Assembly (NCBI GenBank): GCA_044352465.1
Contig: JBILDU010000051.1
Location: 1-20,990 of the forward strand
From: Bdellovibrionota bacterium
GTDB taxonomy: Bacteria; Bdellovibrionota_C; UBA2361
Reading direction: 5' to 3'
Length of the DNA stretch: 20,990 nt
Shown in pieces: positions 1-8,603 of the stretch. A program made the translations under genes and the position numbers. The notes beneath the pieces were generated by a model. It made no database searches. It was given only the letters and a program-made list of their open reading frames with translations, and was not told where the DNA came from. The number at the start of each line of letters is the position of its first letter. The first letter of the stretch is position 1.

Positions 1-1
1 C

Positions 2-241
2 ATCTTCAAACGGGAGCTCGATGACGCGGCGAAGAAGGGAACCCTCAAGGAGACCCGCGCCGCGCTTATCGCCGATTATAAAGCCAAGTTTGCTAACCCT
101 TGGGAGGTTGCTGAACTGGGCTTTATCGACGGCGTTATCGAGCCGCGGATGACCCGAGGCAAGGTCGTTGAGGCGCTCGCGCTGCTGAAGAACAAGCGCC
201 AAACCAACCCGAAGAAGAAACACGGCAACATTCCGCTGTAA
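2..241 (+). CDS. pccB: Acyl-CoA (propionyl-/methylmalonyl-CoA-type) carboxylase, carboxyltransferase subunit, 3' end only (truncated by window edge)
   Basis: Manual translation of frame 2: IFKRELDDAAKKG...YKAKFANPWEVAELGFIDGVIEPRMTR...LKNKRQTNPKKKHGNIPL*. The KKHGNIPL C-terminus and GFIDxVIxP are typical of PccB/AccD/MmdA. Confidence 0.9.
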   Translation: MFKRELDDAAKKGTLKETRAALIADYKAKFANPWEVAELGFIDGVIEPRMTRGKVVEALALLKNKRQTNPKKKHGNIPL

Positions 242-249
242 GGTGAGCC

Positions 250-441
250 ATGAGCGATGAGATACCTTTTGTTCCGGCGTACGATCTCCTCGAGGCGGAG
301 GAACGAAAGCTTCAAGACTCCGAGGTTGCAGCGATAGCTCTCGCATTGAGGCTCCTGTGCTCGAAAGAGACTGAGACTTTTCCTGAAACCAAAGGATGGA
401 GCCGCGTGGCGCGGGTCGAAGGGATAGGACAAAGGCTGTAG
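250..441 (+). CDS. Small acyl-CoA carboxylase accessory subunit (epsilon / OadG-MmdD C-terminal-like), 63 aa
   Basis: Starts 8 nt after the carboxyltransferase stop, with AGGTGAG upstream. EVAAIALAL...GWSRVAR resembles the xxAAIxxA...W pattern of epsilon/delta subunits. Confidence 0.6.
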   Translation: MSDEIPFVPAYDLLEAEERKLQDSEVAAIALALRLLCSKETETFPETKGWSRVARVEGIGQRL

Positions 442-555
442 CGGTCGAAAGGTGCTTTCACGGCTGTGGGAGCTCACACCCGTAGCCGCGCTGAAGTGCC
501 ACTCAACCGCTCGATTTGAACGAGAAGCGAACTGCGAAGAAAGGACGTCAGGTCT

Positions 556-978
556 ATGAATAGATATACCGTCACCGTCAATGGGCGCACCCACGACGTC
601 GAGCTGATCGAACAACGGGGCACCTTTGTCCGCTTTGAGACCGGCGGTACCACCTATGAAGTTGAGATCGCCCCTCAATTAGTCTTCCGTGAGCAGGTCG
701 GCTTACCGGTGGGATCAGCAGTTCCCCGCCCCGTGGCCCAGCCGAAAGCCTCGAAAGCGGCGGGTGAGGTTACCGCACCGATGCCCGGAATCATCGTCTC
801 CATAGGAGTTACCGTTGGACAGACGGTTCAGACAGGGCAAAGCCTCCTCGTCATGGAGGCGATGAAGATGGAGAACAATATCTCCGCAGCTGGCTCAGGG
901 ACCGTGAAGGAGATTCTGGTTAAGCCGGGACAACAGGTTGAGAACGGTCAGCTCCTGATTAAACTCGGCGCAGCCTAG
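556..978 (+). CDS. Biotin carboxyl carrier protein (standalone biotinyl-domain subunit)
   Basis: EAMKMEN biotinylation motif, APMPG start of the biotinyl domain, Pro/Ala linker, N-terminal YTVTVNG strand; AAGGA upstream. Confidence 0.93.
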   Translation: MNRYTVTVNGRTHDVELIEQRGTFVRFETGGTTYEVEIAPQLVFREQVGLPVGSAVPRPVAQPKASKAAGEVTAPMPGIIVSIGVTVGQTVQTGQSLLVMEAMKMENNISAAGSGTVKEILVKPGQQVENGQLLIKLGAA

Positions 979-992
979 CGAGCACGGCCCGC

Positions 993-1973
993 ATGCCGCT
1001 CACGACCTCAACGTATCGACCGCCGAGGCTGTTCTCAAATCCTCACCTTCTCACGCTCTACAGCGGCGCGTTTCGTCCCGCAGCTACTCCGTTCTATCGT
1101 CGCGAGAGACTCCCCTACGCGGGCGACGATTTCATGGACCTCGATTGGCTCGAGCAAAACTCGAAGAAACTCGTCATCATTACCCACGGGCTGACCGGCT
1201 CATCGCGCGGACGGCACGTGTCACGGCTAGCGGTCGCTCTCGCACACCGGGGGCTGAGCGTCCTCGCCTGGAATCTGCGGGGTGCTAGTGAGGAGATCAA
1301 TCGTGGGCTGGGGTGGTATCATAGCGGGTCCTCCGAGCAACTCCGTGCGGTGGTGCGACATGCCCTAAGCTACCCACAATACGAATCGATGACACTGGTG
1401 GGCTTAAGCCTGGGAGGCAACATCACCTTAAAATACCTCGGTGAAGAGGGCGCCGCGGCACCCGCCAAACTCGCCGCGGCGATAACGCTCTCCGTGCCGT
1501 GCGATCTCAGAAGTTGCGCGCTTGCCCTCGCCGCTCCGCGAAATCGGATCTATATGAATCACTTCCTCAGATGCCTCGGCCGAAAGCTCCGCGAGAAGGC
1601 CCAGCTCTATCCAGAAGCTATCGATCTCCAGGGGTACGCCAAGATAAAAAACTTCCTCGAATACGATGAACGCTATACAGCTCCGCTGCATGGATTTAAA
1701 AATGCGGCTGAATATTGGCGTCTCTCCAGTTCGCGCCGATTTATCCCCGCAATCAAACTTCCGACGACTATCATCTCGGCGCGAGACGATCCCTTTCTCG
1801 CGCCGGAGTGTTTCCCGATAAAGGAGGCGCAGACAAATCGTTTTATTTCTCTCGAGATCCCCCCCCACGGAGGGCACCTCGGATTTGTGGAGTCATGGAG
1901 TACGCCGGAACTCTGGTCGGAGCAGAGAGCCGCTGCACTTATCGCCACCTCACCCGAGCCGGCCGCCGATTAG
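993..1973 (+). CDS. YheT/ABHD-family alpha/beta hydrolase (esterase/lipase)
   Basis: NPHLLT, HGLTGSS, GLSLGG nucleophile elbow, DDPF acid and GGHLGF histidine motifs. Confidence 0.88.
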   Translation: MPLTTSTYRPPRLFSNPHLLTLYSGAFRPAATPFYRRERLPYAGDDFMDLDWLEQNSKKLVIITHGLTGSSRGRHVSRLAVALAHRGLSVLAWNLRGASEEINRGLGWYHSGSSEQLRAVVRHALSYPQYESMTLVGLSLGGNITLKYLGEEGAAAPAKLAAAITLSVPCDLRSCALALAAPRNRIYMNHFLRCLGRKLREKAQLYPEAIDLQGYAKIKNFLEYDERYTAPLHGFKNAAEYWRLSSSRRFIPAIKLPTTIISARDDPFLAPECFPIKEAQTNRFISLEIPPHGGHLGFVESWSTPELWSEQRAAALIATSPEPAAD

Positions 1974-2049
1974 TGCCCCTCTGTACCGGGGCTACTCCGT
2001 TTGTCGCCCCACACTTGCTCTCATGTCAAAAAACTTTCCGGTCGGCTTG

Positions 2050-2565
2050 CTAGCGACCCCGCGGAAGCTGCCGATTCAACACCGCCGTTGCCCCCGCAGT
2101 GATTCCGTACTTCGCCGCTGTGCCGGCATGAAGCTCGATAACATATCGTCCTACCTGGTTGAGGGTGCGCGAGCTCTCGTTCATTATCGGAACATCGGCC
2201 AGCACACCTTGCACTTTCAGCGAGCTATCAAGAAAGAGCATGTCAAGCGAGGTCAGAGTGTTCTTCATCCAAAACGAAAGGAGCTGATCTTTCGGAAAAA
2301 CGAACATCATTCCCCCAAGCGGTGGGATAGTATCAGGCTTTCGAAACATGAGCCCCTTCGCTCGCGCCGGCTCGTCGAGCGCGAGTTCTAACGTAAACTC
2401 AGGCGAGGTTGAACCATCCGAATTCTTAAAGGTCACCCCGACCATCGAGGCAGAGATGCGCGCACGGTCTAGCAAAACAAACCCGACCACCAAAGCAATG
2501 GTGACAAGTCCAAGGACAATGATTTCCCGCGAGAGTCGCCGCCGCCGCCGTTCGTTCGTTCCCAT
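2050..2565 (-). CDS. DUF192 family protein with N-terminal membrane anchor
   Basis: ELA...RAKGLMFR, GMMFVF, FWMKNT and VIELHAG motifs; basic then hydrophobic N-terminus. Confidence 0.88.
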   Translation of the reverse strand: MGTNERRRRRLSREIIVLGLVTIALVVGFVLLDRARISASMVGVTFKNSDGSTSPEFTLELALDEPARAKGLMFRKPDTIPPLGGMMFVFPKDQLLSFWMKNTLTSLDMLFLDSSLKVQGVLADVPIMNESSRTLNQVGRYVIELHAGTAAKYGITAGATAVLNRQLPRGR

Positions 2566-2586
2566 CCGGCCCTCTTTTAAAACTGG

Positions 2587-3561
2587 TTATCCCGCCTTCG
2601 TCTTCTTGACCGCTTCGGTCAGCGCTGGGACCGCTTGATAGAGGTCCGCCACTAACCCGTAATCGGCAACCTCAAATATCGGCGCCTCGCCATCTTTGTT
2701 AATCGCCACAATCGTCTTCGAATCTTTCATACCGGCAAGATGCTGAATCGCTCCCGAGATACCGACAGCCACATACAGAGAGGGAGCCACAACCTTTCCG
2801 GTCTGACCAACCTGCCAATCGTTGGGCGCGTAACCTGAGTCAACCGCCGCACGAGAAGCCCCTACCGCCGCTCCAAAAGCGTCGGCGAGTGGGAAGATAT
2901 ACTGCTCAAAATTCTCCTTCGATTGCAGTGCCCGACCACCGCTGACCACGATCGCGGCGTCGCCGAGTTCGGGGCGATCCCCACCGGAGATCGAATATCC
3001 CACCACTTCACCGGCTACTGCCCGATCGAACGAAAAGGTGAGCTCTCTCACCGCGCCCCCACCACCAGCCGGCTCCGCCGGCGCAAACGCCGTCGCCCGG
3101 ACTGTGACAACTCTCTTCGGGGTCATCATCTCAACGTCGGCAAAAACGTTGCCGGCATACATGGGACGTCTGAGGCTCCCATCCCCATTGATCGCAGTGA
3201 TATCCGATGCCTGCCCCGCATCGATCAGCGCCGCAACACGCGGCAGGAGATCCTTGCCGGTCGTTGTCGCTGTCGCTACGATCGTATCGGCTCCTGATTG
3301 TTGAAAAGCCTCGACAATCGCCCCCGCATACGGCACAGCAAGATACTTGGCGACATCAGGCGACTCGCTGAAAAACACCTCTTGAAAGCCAAAAGAGAGC
3401 GCACTCTCCGCAGCGAGCTTCGATCTCTCACCGAGGCATACACCGATAAGCGCGCCTTTAGCCCAAACCTTTTGGAGCTCACGCGCCGCAGCGATCGCAA
3501 TGAGGCTCGCTTTAGGCAAGACACCATCAACCTGTTGCAGAAAAACTATCACGTTACCCAT
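2587..3561 (-). CDS. etfA: Electron transfer flavoprotein alpha subunit
   Basis: RPMYAGN, VVSGGR, GASRAAVD, QVGQTGK and GISGAIQHLAGM motifs. Start moved to ATG 3561 (MGNVIVF) so that it no longer overlaps etfB. Confidence 0.95.
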   Translation of the reverse strand: MGNVIVFLQQVDGVLPKASLIAIAAARELQKVWAKGALIGVCLGERSKLAAESALSFGFQEVFFSESPDVAKYLAVPYAGAIVEAFQQSGADTIVATATTTGKDLLPRVAALIDAGQASDITAINGDGSLRRPMYAGNVFADVEMMTPKRVVTVRATAFAPAEPAGGGGAVRELTFSFDRAVAGEVVGYSISGGDRPELGDAAIVVSGGRALQSKENFEQYIFPLADAFGAAVGASRAAVDSGYAPNDWQVGQTGKVVAPSLYVAVGISGAIQHLAGMKDSKTIVAINKDGEAPIFEVADYGLVADLYQAVPALTEAVKKTKAG

Positions 3562-3577
3562 TTCCAGCCCCAAAAAC

Positions 3578-4327
3578 TTATAAAACTTTAGCTTCGTGCT
3601 GTAGTACCCGGACAAGCTCCTCAACGCTCTCCACCTTCCGTCCCCCACTACGTTGGGCCGGAGGCGACATCTTCTTCAGACTCATCCGCGGAGCGAGATC
3701 GAGACCAAGCGATTCGATCGCGAGCTCCTCGAGCGGCTTTTTCTTCGCCTTCATGATTCCAGGAAGCGAAGCGTAGCGCGGCTCGTTGAGACGCAAGTCG
3801 CTCGAGATAACCGCTGGCACCGAAATTTTTATGGTCTCAAGGCCACCATCGACCTCTCGTGATACCGTGACTGCCCCGCCCTCCAGGACGAGTTTCGAGG
3901 CGAAACAAGCCTGCGGCAGACCAAGACGGGTCGCGAGCAGTTGGGGGGTCTGACTTGCATCCGAATCGATCGACTGCTTGCCCATGAGGATGAGACCGTA
4001 GTCGCCCCTCTTATAGACCGCGGCCAAGACCCGCGAGGCGAGGTCAGAATCGACCTCCCCAGAATACTTGACGAGAACCCCGCTGTCCGCTCCCATCGCC
4101 ATGGCGTAGCGAAGCTGCGTGGCCACATCATCGGGTCCGATACCGACGACGACCACCTCGGTTGCCTTGCCAGCTTCCTTGAGACGCAACGCCTCTTCGA
4201 CCGCGATCTCGTCGAATGGATTAACGATCCATTTTATCCCGTCGGTCTCTATGCCTGAGCCGTCACCTTTAACTTTTATCTTCGCCTGGTAGTCAGGCAC
4301 CCGCTTTACCGGAACAAATATCTTCAT
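3578..4327 (-). CDS. etfB: Electron transfer flavoprotein beta subunit
   Basis: VKRVPD, NPFDEIAVEEALRLKE, GKQSID, REVDGG and DLRLNEPRYASLPGIMKAKKKP motifs (canonical ETF type). Confidence 0.96.
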   Translation of the reverse strand: MKIFVPVKRVPDYQAKIKVKGDGSGIETDGIKWIVNPFDEIAVEEALRLKEAGKATEVVVVGIGPDDVATQLRYAMAMGADSGVLVKYSGEVDSDLASRVLAAVYKRGDYGLILMGKQSIDSDASQTPQLLATRLGLPQACFASKLVLEGGAVTVSREVDGGLETIKISVPAVISSDLRLNEPRYASLPGIMKAKKKPLEELAIESLGLDLAPRMSLKKMSPPAQRSGGRKVESVEELVRVLQHEAKVL

Positions 4328-4514
4328 GGAATTGAGATGTTACGTTAGCCTTCTTCGAGTTTAAGATGCCCGCTGGCGCGGTGCAAGTACCCGAAACTGC
4401 TTTCGATTCCCTCTAACCGACTCCGCCCCCCGTCACCCATCGATGCCGTCAGAAATATGAGGCGGAAGTCGTTATTAGCTCAGATCAGTCGGTCTAAAAA
4501 AGGACGGGCGGAAC

Positions 4515-4530
4515 AGGCACGATTTTTTCT
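4515..4530 (+). promoter_or_regulatory. Possible sigma54 (-24/-12)-like element
   Basis: AGGCACGATTTTTTCT versus consensus TGGCACGNNNNTTGCW; the -12 GC is replaced by TC, so support is weak. Confidence 0.25.
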
Positions 4531-4767
4531 TCACCCGACGATGATTGGGGCTTAGAGTCCACAATTTTCTAATCAAGCTGTTGCAACAACGACAGCGCCG
4601 CACCGATGACATGAGAGGTCATTCGTTAAAAATGCCCCCTCGGCCCGTCCGGAATGGTGAGACTCGGTGTCACCTGCTCACCAGCGACTGGCCAGCGATG
4701 CCTGCGGCGAGACTATCGAGCGGCGCGGGCCGCCATGGCAGAGCACGTCGAATGGAGAGATTCAAAA

Positions 4768-4832
4768 TAGGCGGAGGCCCACGTTTAAAATCACCTCCGG
4801 CCAAAGTCGGAGGTGGAACGAGCCTCCGGCTA
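4768..4832 (+). promoter_or_regulatory. Nested stem-loop in the leader of the TadE-like gene
   Basis: TAGGCGGAGGC(4768-78)/GCCTCCGGCTA(4822-32) pairs at 10 of 11 positions; CGTTT/GAACG; inner CACCTCCGGC-CAAA-GTCGGAGGTG (4792-4815). Confidence 0.45.
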
Positions 4833-4874
4833 GAGCACGGCATAAGAGATTACTATCTGAGAGGGACGCAGCCG

Positions 4875-7133
4875 ATGTTTGCAAAGACACGACGGAATTC
4901 GCGGCGGGGATTTTCAACTTTAGAGTTTGCTTTCGCCATCCCGATCGTCCTCGCCGTTCTCTTGGGCCTCACGGATATCACTGCGCTCATCCAGGGGCGT
5001 ACCGCTCTTCAAGAGGGGGTTCGCCAAGGGATCAGGTGCGTGGCTGCAGTCGACGGCAAATGTATCTCCACGCGGGGCGCGAGCTCTACGCCGCTCTTTC
5101 ACTGGTTTCAGGTAGCGCACACCCAATCTTTTATCACTGACCGACTCGATCACCGTGGGCACGGCTACTGGTTACAGCAGCCCACCTACCGCTACGCCAC
5201 AGCGCGCGTCCTCGATTCGGTGCATTATGCCGTTCCGACCACAGATTATGCGGCCACCCGCTGGGTGTATCCGGCCAGTCGAACCGTGCGCGCGACTCTT
5301 CGAGAGAGTGGGGGGGCTTTCATCACCGGCACCTCTCCGACCAATCCCTCGTTCGTATACCGGCACGCCCGTGAGGTACCGTATGCCTCGGAATTCACCC
5401 TCTCACACGAATTCAATGAGGAGCTCTCGCCTGCCCGGGCCTCCGTCTCCCTTATTGCACCGTTCGCTCTGCCGACGACGATGGCTCCGTGTTACCGCTC
5501 GAACCAGCTAGACCGGGGTCCCCTCGCAACGCACCTGCCCGGAAGCTCGCCATGCGACTCGAGCCGAATTCCAACGATCATCTTTGTGCGGGGTGCCGCT
5601 CGTGGGCACGGAGTGGGCCAACTCCGACTCTCAATCGCCGGTCGCCATCTCGATAACTCCGATTTTGGGGGACAACGTTTCTCCGTTGATAGCTCGAGTT
5701 GGCGGAGCCGAAATTTTATTCCGCGCGGTGTTACCCCCGGTTACGTGAGCAGCGCATTCGACATGGAGCCCGAGTACGCCCTCTATGCCGGAACAATCCT
5801 CCTCGAACCGGGGGAAAACGTGACGGTCACGGTATCGATCGCGCCAGGGGCGCTCAATTGGACCGACCCAGCGATGCGCTACCGGGTGACCGAGGTTCGC
5901 CTCATCCCCGCCATAACTCGCCAAATCGACACAGCTGTAGCGTGCCCACACGGCATCCCGCGAAGCGACTATCTCGCCGGAAATCTCACGTGTGCCCTTC
6001 CGTTCCCGGCCCCGGTGCTTGGTCCCACTGAGGTTAACACCGCCATCAATCTCGATAGCTCGTCCCCCCAGAGCTTGAGTGGGATCGTATCGCCCGCACA
6101 CGCCACCGAGGTACTCACCGAGCGGGGTCTACGGCCCCTTGATTATACGCTCCTCCCAACGAGTAGCAGCCTGGAACAACGCACCGCGCCGTGTGGTCCA
6201 AATTACGGGGTTTCGGCACCATCGAACGGGGCGGGGTTTATCACCACAGCCGAAGCCGCACCCCTCTGCCCCGTCGTCGATCCTCAACTGGGGCGCTTTG
6301 GTATCACGCCTCATTCACTTCGCTGGAGCGAAAAAACGGTAGCACTTCCAAGCGAAGCGCGCGTAACCTGGACGAAGGAAAGTTGCAGCCATATCGAGCC
6401 TCTCCCCTCCGCTTTGCTCGCCTACGCCAAAGCGATCCGGGAGACGACCCATCGTGATTTTTTTCCGCCACCGCCCCAAACTCCACTCGATACCGACTTT
6501 GCGTGTGCGGAGTTCCCCCTCGAGCACCAGGTTTACGATGACGAGGCCCAGGGCGGTACTGTCCAACTGCCCGAGCATTCTCTCTTTTTAGGTTTCCATC
6601 CCGAACAAACCGAGGGGTGCTTACGCGAAGCGTTACACCACGAGGCGTTAACTCTGGGCGGCCTGCCCCCGCAAGCCCATTTCACGGTTGAGACCCGCCG
6701 CGTCGATACCATTTATCTTCCCTCATCTCCCACCAACTCGTGCACCGTCTTTCGACCGGGTGGCGGTGCCGCGGGAGAGCGCGTTCGGCTCACGACGACT
6801 GGTCCGCTCCCCTCCGGAGAACGCCCTCCCGAGTGTGCAACTGCTCCGTGTGTGAGCGAGCTCGCTGGATTCGCGACGCCCCCGCCTGCCGCGCCGACCG
6901 CTGACACGATCCAGGCTGCCGCTTATTGGGGTTACCAAGAGGTGCGCTCCCTCTATCCCCGTGCTCAATGGGGTTGCAGCGGCACGGAGTGCGTCACGCT
7001 CGAGATCGAAGACGGTCCGGCTGAGGTTGTGGGTCACGGGACCCTCGCCGTGCCCCTGCGCACTCTCCTCGGGGGCGCGGTAACGCTGAAATACACCGAT
7101 GTCGGCATGAAAGAGGGAGGGAGTCTCAGATGA
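4875..7133 (+). CDS. Very large TadE/TadG-like pseudopilin (class III signal peptide), 752 aa, Cys-rich
   Basis: ATG 4875 preceded by GAGGG. RRNSRRG|FSTLEFAFAIPIVLAVLLGLTD...LQEGVRQGIR gives G-1, E+5 and a TadE-type helix. Confidence 0.75.
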   Translation: MFAKTRRNSRRGFSTLEFAFAIPIVLAVLLGLTDITALIQGRTALQEGVRQGIRCVAAVDGKCISTRGASSTPLFHWFQVAHTQSFITDRLDHRGHGYWLQQPTYRYATARVLDSVHYAVPTTDYAATRWVYPASRTVRATLRESGGAFITGTSPTNPSFVYRHAREVPYASEFTLSHEFNEELSPARASVSLIAPFALPTTMAPCYRSNQLDRGPLATHLPGSSPCDSSRIPTIIFVRGAARGHGVGQLRLSIAGRHLDNSDFGGQRFSVDSSSWRSRNFIPRGVTPGYVSSAFDMEPEYALYAGTILLEPGENVTVTVSIAPGALNWTDPAMRYRVTEVRLIPAITRQIDTAVACPHGIPRSDYLAGNLTCALPFPAPVLGPTEVNTAINLDSSSPQSLSGIVSPAHATEVLTERGLRPLDYTLLPTSSSLEQRTAPCGPNYGVSAPSNGAGFITTAEAAPLCPVVDPQLGRFGITPHSLRWSEKTVALPSEARVTWTKESCSHIEPLPSALLAYAKAIRETTHRDFFPPPPQTPLDTDFACAEFPLEHQVYDDEAQGGTVQLPEHSLFLGFHPEQTEGCLREALHHEALTLGGLPPQAHFTVETRRVDTIYLPSSPTNSCTVFRPGGGAAGERVRLTTTGPLPSGERPPECATAPCVSELAGFATPPPAAPTADTIQAAAYWGYQEVRSLYPRAQWGCSGTECVTLEIEDGPAEVVGHGTLAVPLRTLLGGAVTLKYTDVGMKEGGSLR

Positions 7134-7184
7134 GCGCGCCCGAAGATATTCGGGCGTGATTGGATCAATCGGTCTCCAACGCTC

Positions 7185-8600
7185 TTAGACTGCTGCCAAC
7201 GTCTCAGTCAGCGGCGGACGAAGCAGTCGCGCGCGCGCCTCTTCCGCGGCAGCGGCGAGCACAGGATGGGTCTCGGCAAGCCGCGAGATCTGGTTAAGGT
7301 GGTCCGCCGTTTGGCTCACCAACCGGGCCACGTCCCCCTCGGCGATACCGTTTAGTCGCAGGAGTCCGCCGAACGAGGGCCAGTCGGTAGCTTCCATCCA
7401 CGTCAAAACCGTTAACGCGGCATCGGGAAGGACTTTAGCCTCGGTGCTACTTCCCGGACCACGATAATTATCCCGCACCCGCGAGAGGATCTTCTCAAGA
7501 TGCACAAAATACTCGCGCTTCAGCGGATTTGCTTTCAATGAGAAGTAAGGTCGATGCGGGTCGCCGGCGATTGAGGCGACAAGCCCGGCGAGCTCCTCAA
7601 CGGTCAGATCATTAAAAAGGCCATCGTTAATTGCTTCGGCCAGCTCCAGGACGAGGCTCGTACACAGGTTTGCCGCCCACAGCCCCTTTGGGGTGAGCGT
7701 GCCGTTCTGGACATAGCCGAGCTTCTCAAGCCCCTCGAGCGAGGTATTCAAAAGGTGCTCTTGCCGCTGCTCGAGTACGTCCGCTTCCTTGATCTTGCGA
7801 CGTGCTCTTTTGATCGCTTTTTTCTTGCCTTCGCCTTGGAGAGCACCATTTGTCTCGGCTGAAAACTCCTCAGCAACGGCCTCCTCGCGAATCGCGTGGG
7901 CGGACTTCCGATCGAGATAGGCCGCGAGGCTCTTTGCTACCAGAAAACGGAGATCATCGACGGTGCGATACTTCAAGAGGTTTAACATCGTCGCCGGCGC
8001 AGCGTAGTACGCCGAACGAAGAGGCTCCGGTGGACGTTGCGAAACCTGATGAAATACCCGCGCATCGGAGAATCTACTCGGTGCGATAACGCAGATCCCC
8101 ACCGCATCTTTGCCCCGACGCCCCGCACGCCCCGCCATTTGCTGAAACTCGGAGGAGGTCAACACATCGAATCCCTCGGCCCCCCGCTTACTGTGAGCCG
8201 TCACCACGACCGTACGCGCCGGGAAATCGACCCCGGCCGCAACAGTACCGGTCGCGATCATGAGACGGAGAAGTCCGCGACTCATGAGCTCCTCGAGTAG
8301 CAGACGCCAGACGAGTAGCTGCCCCGCATGATGGGCGCCCACCCCGGTCGTGATGAGTGGGGTATAATGGGGATGTGTCTCAATAATGACCGGCTCGATG
8401 CGGTATTTCTCAATGACCCGCTGTGTTTCTTGACGCAACACCGCCTGCATCTCTGGCGGAAGCACTAATCGACGGGAGCGACCCACTTTTTCGACATCAG
8501 CGTCACACTGCTTGCGCGCCGTTCGAAAAAGGATCGCAGGGAGAAGATCATCTCGACCGAGCTCAGCCAGGATATGCGTAACCGGAAATTCGCCTAACAT
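7185..8600 (-). CDS. Ski2/HelY-like SF2 helicase, C-terminal half (RecA2 + DSHCT-like helical domain)
   Basis: LLPAILF..RKQCD (IV), GVGAHHAG, ATGTVAAGVDFPARTVV (V), QMAGRAGRRGKD (VI), EGDVAR...LNQI (DSHCT-like). Confidence 0.88.
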   Translation of the reverse strand: MLGEFPVTHILAELGRDDLLPAILFRTARKQCDADVEKVGRSRRLVLPPEMQAVLRQETQRVIEKYRIEPVIIETHPHYTPLITTGVGAHHAGQLLVWRLLLEELMSRGLLRLMIATGTVAAGVDFPARTVVVTAHSKRGAEGFDVLTSSEFQQMAGRAGRRGKDAVGICVIAPSRFSDARVFHQVSQRPPEPLRSAYYAAPATMLNLLKYRTVDDLRFLVAKSLAAYLDRKSAHAIREEAVAEEFSAETNGALQGEGKKKAIKRARRKIKEADVLEQRQEHLLNTSLEGLEKLGYVQNGTLTPKGLWAANLCTSLVLELAEAINDGLFNDLTVEELAGLVASIAGDPHRPYFSLKANPLKREYFVHLEKILSRVRDNYRGPGSSTEAKVLPDAALTVLTWMEATDWPSFGGLLRLNGIAEGDVARLVSQTADHLNQISRLAETHPVLAAAAEEARARLLRPPLTETLAAV

Positions 8601-8603
8601 CTA

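Noticed and set aside
449..500. Imperfect hairpin between the small subunit and BCCP genes
   Set aside because: Several G-U pairs and no U-tract; at most an intercistronic stability element, and not distinguishable from chance.
3562..3648. Longer etfA start given by the ORF track
   Set aside because: It overlaps the etfB 3' end by about 70 nt; the typical EtfA N-terminus begins at ATG 3561.
4545..4874. 110-codon N-terminal extension of the TadE-like ORF
   Set aside because: TTG start without a clear SD. The prepilin motif should be near the N-terminus, and ATG 4875 has a GAGGG SD and the expected short basic leader.
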